The notes below the pieces were generated by a model. That model ran no database searches, was not told the origin of the DNA, and was given only the letters and a program-made list of their open reading frames with translations. A DNA stretch of 63,799 bases, the filler included, from Folioceros fuciformis (taxonomy: Eukaryota): the NCBI GenBank assembly GCA_049999805.1. It is 6 parts of 6 records of this genome, joined end to end, with 100 filler letters (N's around TTAATTAATTAA, not from the genome) between each part and the next. Parts side by side here need not be neighbours in the genome. Positions count along the whole stretch, not along the records: positions 9,026 to 25,391 come from JBNGIO010004571.1; 5 more parts are not named here. The stretch is one strand, 5' to 3'. The translations under genes were made by a program, and so were the position numbers. This document shows positions 11,981-23,043 of this stretch, piece after piece; the stretch's first letter is position 1; each line of letters starts with the position of its first letter.

Positions 11981-13599
11981 ATGAAGGGCAAAGGAGGGAG
12001 ATCCAAATTCTGGGCAAGAGTGTTGCCGTCCCCGCTTATCGTTCTGCTGTGCACGGGCTTCTTTTTTCTGGGATGCTTTGCCTTCTTCTTCACATCTGGT
12101 GAAAAGGTTGGTGCCCATCAGCTCGGTCCTGTTGGGATGTCAGAACCAGGATGATGCCTTCTTGCTTCATGCTGATCGAGAAGCGGGACAATCAGGGGCA
12201 TCCTCAAGGCTTGCAACCGGCCAAAAGCCTTCTTCAGCTCGATCAGGAGGGTGGTGTTGGTGTTGGGGAGCATGGAAGTACGGGTGACGACGTTGTCACC
12301 ACAATTCCGTTTCAGGTACGTGTTGAACTGATCCTGCGTGTGTCTCAGAGTGTGGGTGGAGATCTGCGATTCCGGTGCGCTTCCACTCATGTCTTTGTCC
12401 TCCTATGTCCGGTGACAAGGTTTTGAGCTGGAAACCCAGGGCATTGCTGTTCCCGAAGTTTGCTAGTCCAGAGCAGTGTGAGCATATCGTCTCCCTGGCA
12501 AGAAGTAGGTTGTCACCGTCTGGGTTGGCGTTACGGAAAGGGGAGTCAGCGTCTGGTACTAAGGACGTGAGAACGAGGTAGGCAGGGCACGGTGATCCCA
12601 TCGTTGTGCCCGTGACCTTCTTCAGGTGTGTTGCATGTATTCTTGACTCACCTGTCTCCTCCATCTTGCATGCTTTTCAGTTCGGGCACATTCCTGAGCG
12701 CAAAGCAAGATAAGTCTGGGGTACTGGCTTGGGTGGAAGCGAAAATGGCCAGAGCCACCATGATCCCGAGGCATCACGGGGAGGTGTGATCCAGTGCTTG
12801 AGATTCCCCCCCCCCCCTTTTTTGTTTCTCCTTCTATCGGATCGATTGCCAGAGTAACTTAGGCACGGTATTATCTCGTCAACAACTTGTGACGCCCCTC
12901 TCACCATGTCTGCAACTCACAGCCCTTCAATGTTTTGAGATACGAGCTAGGACAGAAGTATAATAGTCACTACGACGTCTTCAATCCGGCTGAGTATGGG
13001 CCACAGAAGACCCAAAGGGTTTGTGAATTGCATGTTTGTATTCCTATTGCTTCCTCTTACATGGAAGCTTGACTATTGACCTCGCAGCTCTTTTCTACTT
13101 GTCCTCCTAGATGGCATCATTTCTTCTGTACCTCTCTGACGTGGAAGAAGGTGGAGAGACCATGTTTCCATTCGAGGTAACAGGAGAACAGAGGGTTTGT
13201 TCATTTCTGAAAGGAGTAGTGGCTGTTGTTCATCTCTTGGAAGGTAGCGAACAGTAGAAGCCTGTCATTTCAGCTTGTAAGAGTGTTCTTCTGTGTGGTT
13301 TGCAGAACGGACAGAACATGAACATCAACTACGACTACAAGCAATGCATTGGCTTGAAAGTGAAGCCAAGACGGGGTGATGCTCTCTTATTTTACTCCCA
13401 GCACCCTAACGGCACCATTGACAAGGTATATTGCGAGACATCAATCGGCATTCTCTTCTGGTGAAGACCCGTGACTAACGTTCTCATCCTGTATCGCTGT
13501 CAGACTGCCTTGCATGGGAGTTGCCCGGTGATCAGAGGGGAGAAGTGGGTAGCAACTAAGTGGATCAGGGATAGCCCAGAGGAGCGGCCAAGGCGCTAG
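11981..13599 (+). CDS. P4H: Prolyl 4-hydroxylase (type II membrane-anchored, P4H9/P4H13-like)
   Basis: N-terminal anchor MKGKGGRSKFWARVLPSPLIVLLCTGFFFLGCFAFFF. Spliced motifs IPFQ|VLSWKPRA, VRTSSGTF, FNVLRYELGQKYNSHYDVF, LYLSDVEEGGETMFP, ALHGSCPVIRGEKWVATKW. Fe ligands (H, D, H) and the 2-oxoglutarate Lys are intact. Stop at 13597-13599. Confidence 0.96.
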
Positions 13600-13654
13600 A
13601 TGGGGTTATAACACGAGTACTTACCTCTTGTAACCGCCATGGATGATTGCAATC

Positions 13655-16600
13655 TCATTTGGCTACCAACCTCCTGACGATACGAGTCTTTACCGTCCAC
13701 TTTCCAGGTGATCCTCTAATAGCAACTGCCCTTCTAGGTTTGAAGCCTGGGGCGGGCTGCAGCAATGCTGAGGAGTTGGGCCGGTAATCTGGCCCGGCTC
13801 TCACCATATTTGCAGGTTGGACGGACTTGGCGGGCAAACTTGGTTCTGTGTTCCTGGGTATTTCCACAGGACAAATCTGCCTTCTTTTACTGCCACCACT
13901 GGCAGAGGGTGAGTCAAATATATCTCGTATCTTCTCTGGACTCCACAGGGAGAAGTCAATAGAGCCAGTCAGGAGGGACTCGCCTCCGTCTAGTAGGTCC
14001 AGAGACGACAGGGAAGCCACAACTGCTGTACAAACGGCCGCTGGAAGCTTTGCCGTCCTTCGCCTGGGCCTTGTGGGCAGAAAAACCACTGTTGATGCCA
14101 TGTCGGAATCCTCTGCAGATGTAGCGTTGTTGGGAGGAAGCTGGCTAGCCCCTTCCCGCGATTTTGTGAACGTGGTATGTTGAATCGCTTGAGCAGCCTC
14201 CTGGGAGCTTTGCAATCTGGCATCATCCCTGCGTCGCTGATGTAGGTCCTGCAGGGTTTCGAAGCAGAGGCCGATTGGGGAGACGGGGCTGCCCGTCTCG
14301 CTGCTCATGTTCCCGGACTTCTGCGTGCCCTCCACCATGTACGCCGTTGCTCGCCTTACTTGCACCCTGGGCATCATTGTGCTGCTTTCTTCCAACATCG
14401 ATGGCAATGATTCGTCCTGTTGGGATGTTTCTTCTCGCTTCCCGAGAGCGTTTCCCTCAAGTTGGGTGCTCACGACGTCCTCTCTTGACATGGTGAACCT
14501 TGATCGACGTGAACTTTCGCTCAGTGCCCAAGACGATGCTGCTGCTGAAGAAGTAGCTGTTAACAATCTTTCGTCCAGCTCTTTCACCTGCTCAGACAGA
14601 TAGCCAAGAATGGAGTCCATGGAAGGCGCATCTGTTTCATAAGGAGACGGGTTTGCTCTTCTTCCACTTTGGCTCCTCGAAGGGGAATAGGAATGCCTGC
14701 CTTCCTCAACCATGTCACTGCATGTCAGTTTCGGTTTGGGAAAATTCACCGCCTGCTCCCGAAGCTGCTTCAGGAGTCTGACTGACGACATTCCGGATGA
14801 GCTTTGCACTTCCTCCAGTGCCTTTAACGAGTCTGCTCCAGCTAAACGCTCCAGCTCATCGTCTATACTCTCGCAAACCTCCTCCCAGATTCTTTCCCAA
14901 CTCGAGCCAGATCTCCTGGGGAACTGTGGAGCCGTGAGGGGTAATGGTAGTACGGCTGCAGTGTTCCTGCATGTGTCAGCTTGGCTGCTCCTGGATCCCG
15001 CTCCTCGTTCCCTGCTCTTGGCACTTTCCCAGTCCAGATCTGGGCTCTCGACCTGAACTGCAATGGAGAGGAAATGTTTCTCCCCCTCAACTCCGGACCC
15101 TTCCTCATGCTGCCTGTCACTGCTACTTGGCCAGTCCAGATCTGGACCATCTACCTGAATTGCAACGGATTGTTTCCCTCTCGCCTCGTCGCAACCTTCC
15201 CTACCCTTCACTTCCTGGCTAGAATGCACGAACTGATCCAAGGGCACTGCGGCACGTACTGGCTGAAGGTGAAGTGCCCTTCTCAATGCCAAATCGATAT
15301 CATTCATTTCGTTGGAAGAGCTCGTGTGCTGCATCATGTTGAGAGAATCATGTTCAAATTCTGCAGATGCGGATTTGGCCTCAGTTGGGACAGGTCTAGG
15401 TCTTCCTACGCCCAGCTGCTCGGGCCAAGACAGCCCCTCCTCGCTGAAGATGTCTGAACTCACACTTTCTATCCTTCGACATGTTCCTTCAAGATTACGG
15501 GTGCGTCGCCGGCCGTTGCGTATATGCCTCCCAAGATTCCCACTTAACTTGCCTTGCCTGCCCTGGTTACTCCACATTTTTCTACCTGTCTGGGGGTTTC
15601 TGGTACCTGTTGTAGGTTGCGGACGGCTCTCTACATGCACGACGGCGTGTCTGCTCTTTGCTTTCTGAGAAGCCTCGATCGTCAGCGGATCCTTCTCATT
15701 ATTCCAAGGACCAAGATCGGTAACAGAGGTTCGATTATTTCTCGTGTCAGGGAACACCACACCTTCTCCCAATTCACTCGTTTGAGAGAGCCAGGGACTG
15801 ATCCGGCATCTCCTTTCACTTGCGGCGGCTTTTCTTCTTGCTCTCTGACTAGCAGCACTTCCCTTCCGTGCAACTTTATCCCCTTTCATCAGGACTTCAT
15901 AGTTCCTGGAGACCTTGTCCATAAATGCATGGTCGCCTTCGTGTCTTTTGGTAGGTTCCTTCAGCTTCTGCAAAGAGGCTTGCAGCTGTTTAAGGAAATG
16001 AATATCTTCAATTTGCTCAGAGAAGAGGGACTTTCCCTTCGGTGCTCGTGTGGTTGGCCAGTCACTTTCGTCCCGCTCGATTCCCACTTTCGTTCTCTCC
16101 TCTCCTTTTGAGCTTCGTCTAGCAGTTTTCATAGTTTTCTGCTGGGAAGCAGATTTTACTGTACCGACTTCAGAGTCGGCACAATGCTCACCCCTTCCTA
16201 GTACATTCCACAAGTTCTGACCAACCTGGTCCATCTTGTTTCTCTTGTCCATCCGCCTCTTGTGCATCTCTAGCTCCTTCTTTCTCCTTTCTTCGATGAG
16301 CCTGCAGTCCATCGGAATGCCAAGCGGAAGTTTGGTTTCTTTGTGGTCCAATAGGGTTCTTTGCCTGTGGCTTTCCCTCGCACCTTCTTCCCTCCTCTGC
16401 CCTTGCCTGCCTTTCTGCCCTCCGTACAGCTCAGCTTCGAGGGCTTCTAACTGCTTCTGAGCTCTGACTTTCAAGGAAGAAGGCAACTTCTCTAGCTTAC
16501 TGCTCTTTATTTTCGCTTCCCTAAGTCTGTCTAGAAATTCAGCAGTACCCCAGATTTCACCCAATAGGGACACAGCCGAGCCCAGCGTTCCGTCTGATTC

Positions 16601-19600
16601 AGGACCTGCAGATCTGCTCAAGCGCAATCCATATCTCTTCTTCTGGACGGCAAAGCTGTTTTTCCCTTTGCTGTCATTGGCTTGTACAGCGTCTTCAATG
16701 GGTTGTGCACATCCAGCGCATTTTCTGCACTTTGTCTTCTTTGACTCTTTATTCCTGGAAGCCAAGTCATACGCACGCGTCTGCTTTTCATCTTTCGTTG
16801 CCCTCCTCTGCTTATCTGTCACCCTTCTAGTGGCCAACTCGTCTGCTTCCCTCTCATGACCTCTTGCGTGAACTGATCTTGCCACCACTGACTTCGTGTG
16901 GTCAGTACGAACCTTTGAACTGAGTCTGCATCTTGGTGAAACTTTGGTTCCAAAGGCAACGACTCTTGCAGTCTTAAGTGGCTCCGTACGTAAACTCCTC
17001 TGTACTACAGACCTTTTGGCCTTGTTGCAGACTACAGGTTCACAATTCCCTGTCTGATCGCCTGAGAACGACCCCGAACCAGCCAAGACTTCCCCACGTG
17101 TTGAATCTCTTTTCGAGTCTGCATGGCTCTGATGAAGAACATCGCCACCCTTCACATCCACTGTTAAAGTGATGGTCGAAGAATGTGGACCTGACTTGAC
17201 AAGTATCTTGATGGGAGAAACCACTTTTGTTTGTTGTGCCTCCACGATGGCACCAGAGTTATTCCTGCCATCCACCAAGGATTGATCTACGCATGGAGGA
17301 GACTCAACCGCAGCTCCATTGGAAGGGGTGCCGTGTATGTTCACAGCACCACCTTTGTCATCTGTTAAGGGAGCAACTGTCTATCAGACCAAACAGGCAA
17401 CGAATAGCATTGCAGCAGCATTCTAGACTCTACGCAATATGACCTCAATATGGTGACGCAGTCAAGAGGACCCAGTCAAGAGCATAGATGGTGCAGAAGG
17501 GTCAAAAAGTTACCAGGCATGAATTGTGGATCTCTCCCCTTCTCTATCAAGACAAGACCTTTACCTACCACGTCAGAGCACACAAGACTGCGTAAGGTAG
17601 ACAGGGTTTAGGGCATTTACATTTTGCTGTATTCTCACAGTTTCATTCTTTGACGATGCTCAAACCAGGCACTAATGTAAACGGCCAGCCCAACCAGACA
17701 AAGCAGGATCTCTCTTCCTTAGTCCTTTGTTCTTAGAGCTCTTTCTCTTTGCAACAAACTGATCTTCTAAATAACAGCATATGGCACCTGCAGAAATCCT
17801 CCCAAAAAGAGTTGTCGAGAAGAGAGACCTTCCTTCAACCCGGACTATGTGTACATGGGTCACATCGCTGACTCAAGAGACAATTATCTTTAGATGGGGG
17901 CGGGCCAAAGGGAGTTCATCCACCATATTGGTCTCAGTTGTGATGCTGGCAAGGTTCCCGTTTCTGGGCTCTGTACCACAGACATATTGGAGACTTGTTT
18001 GACAAGAGTACAAAAGAGTTAGCTGGAATACCATTTGGAAGACCTTGATCGCCAGAAAACATAGCTGCCACCTTTCGTTCCCTCTCTTCCTTCTCAGCTT
18101 TCTTCAGCTGGCCCTCCAAACGTCGTACTTCCTTAAAGGACAACGTGTCAGAATGGATAGCTCCTCTACAGAGCGGGACCAAAACCAGCATGCTCGGGAA
18201 GAAGGGCACCTTCTCTTTGGCGAGTTGAGCCTCGGCTGCGTGTCCTCTTTGAGAGATACGCTTCTTCGCAACGTTGATTATCTGCGCATGTCTTATCCTT
18301 ACATGCTCGTGATGGGACCTGTGTTTGTCAGCAGCTTCCCAAGCATTCATATCTGGCTCCTTGGCATTTGTTCTATCCGTCAATGCAGCCCAGTGGGTAT
18401 GCATGAATGTGTACTTATAGTCCCCTAGCTTGGAGACTTCACAATCGGGCTTGCATTCTGCGCATACAGGCAACGCGTGTACCAGATGGTTACATCTCAG
18501 TGAACGAGGTTGATGAGCTTGATTAAGATTGTCCTTTATCCAGTGAAGCCTACGCTGCATGTACCAGGTTGGAAAACTTCCTTGATTTGTTTCAGTTTGG
18601 ATTTGATCTTCACACCGTAAGCTGATACCCTTGCCAGATTTCTGTCCATTTCGGCAGCGTTCTCTATTTGCTTCCTTCGTTCTGTCGCCAATCTCATCTT
18701 ACTTTGCATTTCCTCTCGTTTTGCGATTTCCTTTACAGACGTGCATGGTGATGGTTGTGGGCTACGGACTCTACTTGGCAGCTAGTGCGGCGAGACAGGA
18801 AAGCAAGGGACGGGACTGCCTGGGTTACGCATACCTTCTGAAGGGCGTCCGCATACCTCAGCGCCGCACAGCATCGCCTCTCCTCATTCTGCAACGCTCC
18901 AGTCGCCTCTTTCATCTCCTGTCAATGAAAACGAGCAAACCAAGACACCCACGCATGTAACGCAATACCTTCCCAAACTGGCACCCACCACCAGATTCTG
19001 AAGCTTAAACCATTGTGGGTGACCTTGAAACGCTCCACTTGTGCCGCAGCCTTGTGCGCATGCCCGATGCTTTGCAGCGCAGTGGCACATTCAAGCTCAA
19101 GATCTTCCAGCCTCCGCCTCCGATCAGCCCGCCATTCCGCCTGCCCAAGGACACCAGTTCAGCATCTTCCAACAGCCGAAACAAAGAGTGTCTAGAGCCG
19201 CATGCCTCAAGCTGCCGCAGCAATTGCTGTTTGGCAGCACGTCGGTGATCTCGAAAGCGTTGAACCCGCTGCGCTGCCAACAGCATCTCCTGAGCCCTGA
19301 CCTGCCGCAGATGAGACACCCCGTCAGCTCTGTGGTAGCGCATTCATGAAGTCATAGGGCAAACGCTTAATTGCGAGCAAGACCTGAACCAATCTTGCCC
19401 TGCGCATCTTCTCTCGGGCCTGCTTCATCATGGCTTCCTGCTGGGTCGCCGTGAGAACGTAGGTTCCATGCACGCTGTCCTGCATGATCCCGAAACCACG
19501 TCGGCCGGCGGATCCAAAGCCTGAAAGTCTGGTGTGCGGCTGAAGGTACCTCAGGACAAGCTTGGGGGAAAGAAGGAGGAGTTTCGGCCAGCGTGTCGGC

Positions 19601-19648
19601 CACCCTCTGCTCCAGGATGCGGTGGCGAAGCATCCGCGGATCCGCCAT
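13655..19648 (-). CDS. Large multi-exon protein with a CEP295/KIAA1731/Ana1-like N-terminal coiled-coil domain and a terminal exon of about 3.7 kb encoding a disordered region
   Basis: Exons 19648-19550, 19479-19384, 19301-19206, 19140-19024, 18918-18835, 18730-18629 splice in phase 0 to ...VLTATQQEAMMKQAREKMRRARLVQVRAQEMLLAAQRVQRFRDHRRAAKQQLLRQLEAEWRADRRRRLEDLELECATALQSIGHAHKAA.... The 1229-aa ORF 13655-17344 has an acceptor at 17361. The middle exons (about 18550-17510) are only partly resolved, so the link to the long ORF is inferred. Confidence 0.72.
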
Positions 19649-19956
19649 GGCCAGAGTCGTGCCTTCCCGGTCGGGAGGCATCAAGCCCACATTTTGAATT
19701 TCACATGCTGCCGAGCCATCCTCTCGGCTTCCACAGGATCGCGCCCAGCCCTGGAGCCGTAACTCGGGAGCTAACCTCTTCTTCCCTGGTTTGAACCCAC
19801 GAAGCCCGGCAAACCATGTCCGTCTCAGTCTCGTCATTCGCCGGCATTGATGCGAACGAGGTGGGCAGGCCGTGTGTCTGCTGGATACAAAAAAAGGAAC
19901 CCGTGACCTCTGTACATGCAATTCCCTGCTACCCGGCTCTCCACATCTCAGAAGTA

Positions 19957-22687
19957 ATGAAGCCCAGTAAATTGCTTCACGGCCTGGTTCTGTACCAAGG
20001 TAGACAGCAGTTGGTGCTTCGAAACGTGTGAACCATAGGAACTTGTCTCAGACTCTCGCAACCTGAATGCAGATCCTGGAGGTGCAAGTGAGGTACAGGT
20101 TTTGGATCTGAACGATCTTGAGCCGCCGCCTGTGGCAGTGAAGTATTCGCAGCTTCTCATAGATGGAAAATTCGTGAATGCGGTTTCAGGTAGACTGTAG
20201 AACACGAAATGAGCATCACGTGGTTTCTTGTGGCGAATTCCATATTTTGAAGCCGCAGCTTGAGTCGTGACGGTGATGAATCTTCTTTGGATGCTGTCTG
20301 GTGCAGGAAGGCAATTTTCTTCCATTGATCCCCGGTCGGGAGACGTAATCGCCCGTGTTGCAGAGGCGAATAAAGCAGATGTCGATCTGGCAGTGAAAGC
20401 CGCTCGCAGGGCTTTTGATAGCGGCCCGTGGCCACGAATGAGCGGGGCGGTAAGGGCATGGAATTGGGACTGTCTTGAACTTTGCCGGCGTGCTCAGCGT
20501 CCGACTGCATCCAGGTTGTGATAACTCCTAGGCCTTTATCTGGATGGCGCTTCTTGGCAGGATAGAGCGCGGACTTTGCATAAATTCGCTGATCTCCTTG
20601 AAAAGCACTCAGGCGAACTGGCGATTCTGGAAGCTCTTGATGCGGGGAAGCCTATCGACAACACAATGTTCCTCGAAATGCCGACGGTGATAAAGTTTGT
20701 CCGCTACTATGCAGGTACTAGCAAGAACAGGCACATCCCTGAGGCTCTCACAATTTGCAAACTCAGTCTGCTCATCTTTGACTACATAGACACTTGGGAG
20801 TCTCAGGCTGGGCTGACAAACTGGATGGGAAGACGTTGAACGTGGACGGGCCGTATTTCGCATACACTCATCACGAGCCTATTGGCGTGGTGGGTCAGAT
20901 ACTGTCATGGAACTTCCCTTTGACCATTTTTGTCACCAAGGTGTGCCCTGCCTTGATCTGCGGGTGCACGATAGTTTTGAAACCGGCTGAACAAACACCC
21001 TTGACAGCACTTTTTGCTGCTAAGCTTGCACTGGATGTAAGTATGTCTGTTGCCTGCCTTCGCCGCCGTGAGAGTGCAGCGACATTTCAAGTATGAGCTC
21101 AAGTACTATAGGCTGCTTGTCAGACTAATAGAAACAGTGCAGGCATCCAAGCTTCTGAAAAATTAATATTCATGACTTTGTTGGTTGTTCGGCTCCTCAC
21201 TTGATCTGTTCTTACATAAATCCTCAGGCGGGTCTACCACCTGGTGTGCTGAACGTGGTTCCTGGGTATGGGACCATTGCGGGCGCTGCTGTGGCAAGTC
21301 ATATGGGTATTGACAAGGTAGTGCACTGACTGACTGTCTGACTATCCCGTCACCACGGCTGTCGCTGCCATGCAGTGCAAGCGGGGCTATAACACGTCTC
21401 TAATGTCCTCCAGTGGGCATCATATCAGGTGTCGTTCACAGGTTCGACAGAGGTAGGACGAGCTGTTCTGCGAGCTGCTGCCGACAGTAATCTCAAGCCC
21501 GTCACGTTGGAGCTGGGTGGGAAGTCTCCCTTAATCATTTGCAACGATGCGGACTTGGATATGGCTGTAGAGCTTGCCCACTTTGCTCTCTTTTTCAATC
21601 AGGTACGTAGTGTCCTGAGTTTCCCCATTGCTCGCAACTATGCCTTAGTCATCATGTCGGGGCTTGTGTAGTGATGGCAGACTCTCAAAGTGGCAGCCCG
21701 TAGGATCAGGGGTAGCCAATGTCACTGTCTGCTTCCCTTAGATAATCCATTTCCAACTCACTCTCTTCAATCTTGATCTGGGTACTCACAACTCAACGCT
21801 GGCCACAGGGGCAAGTTTACTTTGCAGGTTCTCGCACATTTGTGCAGGAGGGTGTGTACGATGAATTCCTCAGACGGTCAAAAAAGCGAGCGTTGCAACG
21901 TGTTGTGGGCGATCCTTTGAAGTCAGGAGTGGAGCAAGGCCCGCAGGTAGATGACCGCAGCGAGGTCATTTGAAGGTTCCCGTACCAAAATCGTCACTGA
22001 AGTCGTTTACAGCGTGGATCAACTTCATATTTGGCTACCTGGCTTAGGTCGATGAAGCGCATTTCGATACAGTGATGAGCTACATCTATCAAGGAAAGCG
22101 GGATGGAGCAAAGCTGCTAACAGGAGGAAGCCAATTCGGGAGTAAAGGGTACTTCATAGAGCCAACCATATTTGCAGACGTTGAGGTACCGGCAACAGAG
22201 ACAGCTTGTTTTTGCAAAACAGGTGCCTGCACGAACACTCCTTTGTGGTAACGCACCCTGTCTGCAGGATTGGATGAGCATAGCGAAAGAGGAAATCTTT
22301 GGTCCTGTCATGTCGGTTTTAAAGTTCCGGTGAGTTGCTGTACCCTACTACTGTAGATTCCTATGATGTTGACGCGACAAGGGGTTCATGGTGTGGTTGG
22401 TTTCGCTGGACAGCACGATTGACGAGGTGATTCGTCGAGCCAACAACACAAGATACGGGCTGGCTGCGGGGATCTTTACCAAGGACCTGGAGACCGCGAT
22501 GACGCTCTCCCGAGCTATCAAGGCGGGCATAATCTGGGTGAATTGCTACGACATTGTGGACTGTAATGTCCCTTTCGGAGGTTACAAACAAAGTGGCTTA
22601 GGAAGAGAGCATGGCTTGTATGGCATCCAACAGTACCTGCAAGTAAAAGCCGTGGTGGTGCCTCTGGAGAAACCGACATGGCTTTGA
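19957..22687 (+). CDS. ALDH2: Aldehyde dehydrogenase family 2 (ALDH2B/2C-like) with the catalytic Cys replaced by Tyr
   Basis: Spliced motifs [105 protein letters not shown]. The reading frame is intact to TGA at 22687. The first exon (19957-19999) is less certain. Confidence 0.95.
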
Positions 22688-23043
22688 AAGCTGGCAGGCA
22701 GCCTTGCCAGATGTTGCACTCCTCGTTTCACTCTTGGTTCTCTACACCGGGCTCCAAGCCTCCAGATGCTTCGGCATGGGTCACGTCCGCTTAGTCTCCT
22801 CCGCGGACACTTGTCTTCATTGCTCCGGCATTTCCTGTAGCTGCAGGTACAAAGCCGTCCCGACGGCCTTCTTCCTCCAGTCAGCCTTCTGACATGAGCC
22901 GCAGCGAACTAACGGAAAAGCGCACTTTTGAAAACATCCTCGCAACCATCGAAGGACAGACAGCTGTCAATCACGACCGATCTCGTCATTCCCGATGAAT
23001 GGAGTCAGGGCCGATGCTGCGCTTTCACATCTCTTTCGCTGTA

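Noticed and set aside
19367-19921. 184-aa ORF as a standalone gene
   Set aside because: Only its segment 19648-19550 fits as exon 1 of the CEP295-like gene. The conserved residues continue in another frame after splicing.
7632-22687. Metabolic gene cluster (mARC, P4H, ALDH)
   Set aside because: mARC is on a different contig, and the enzymes share no evident pathway.
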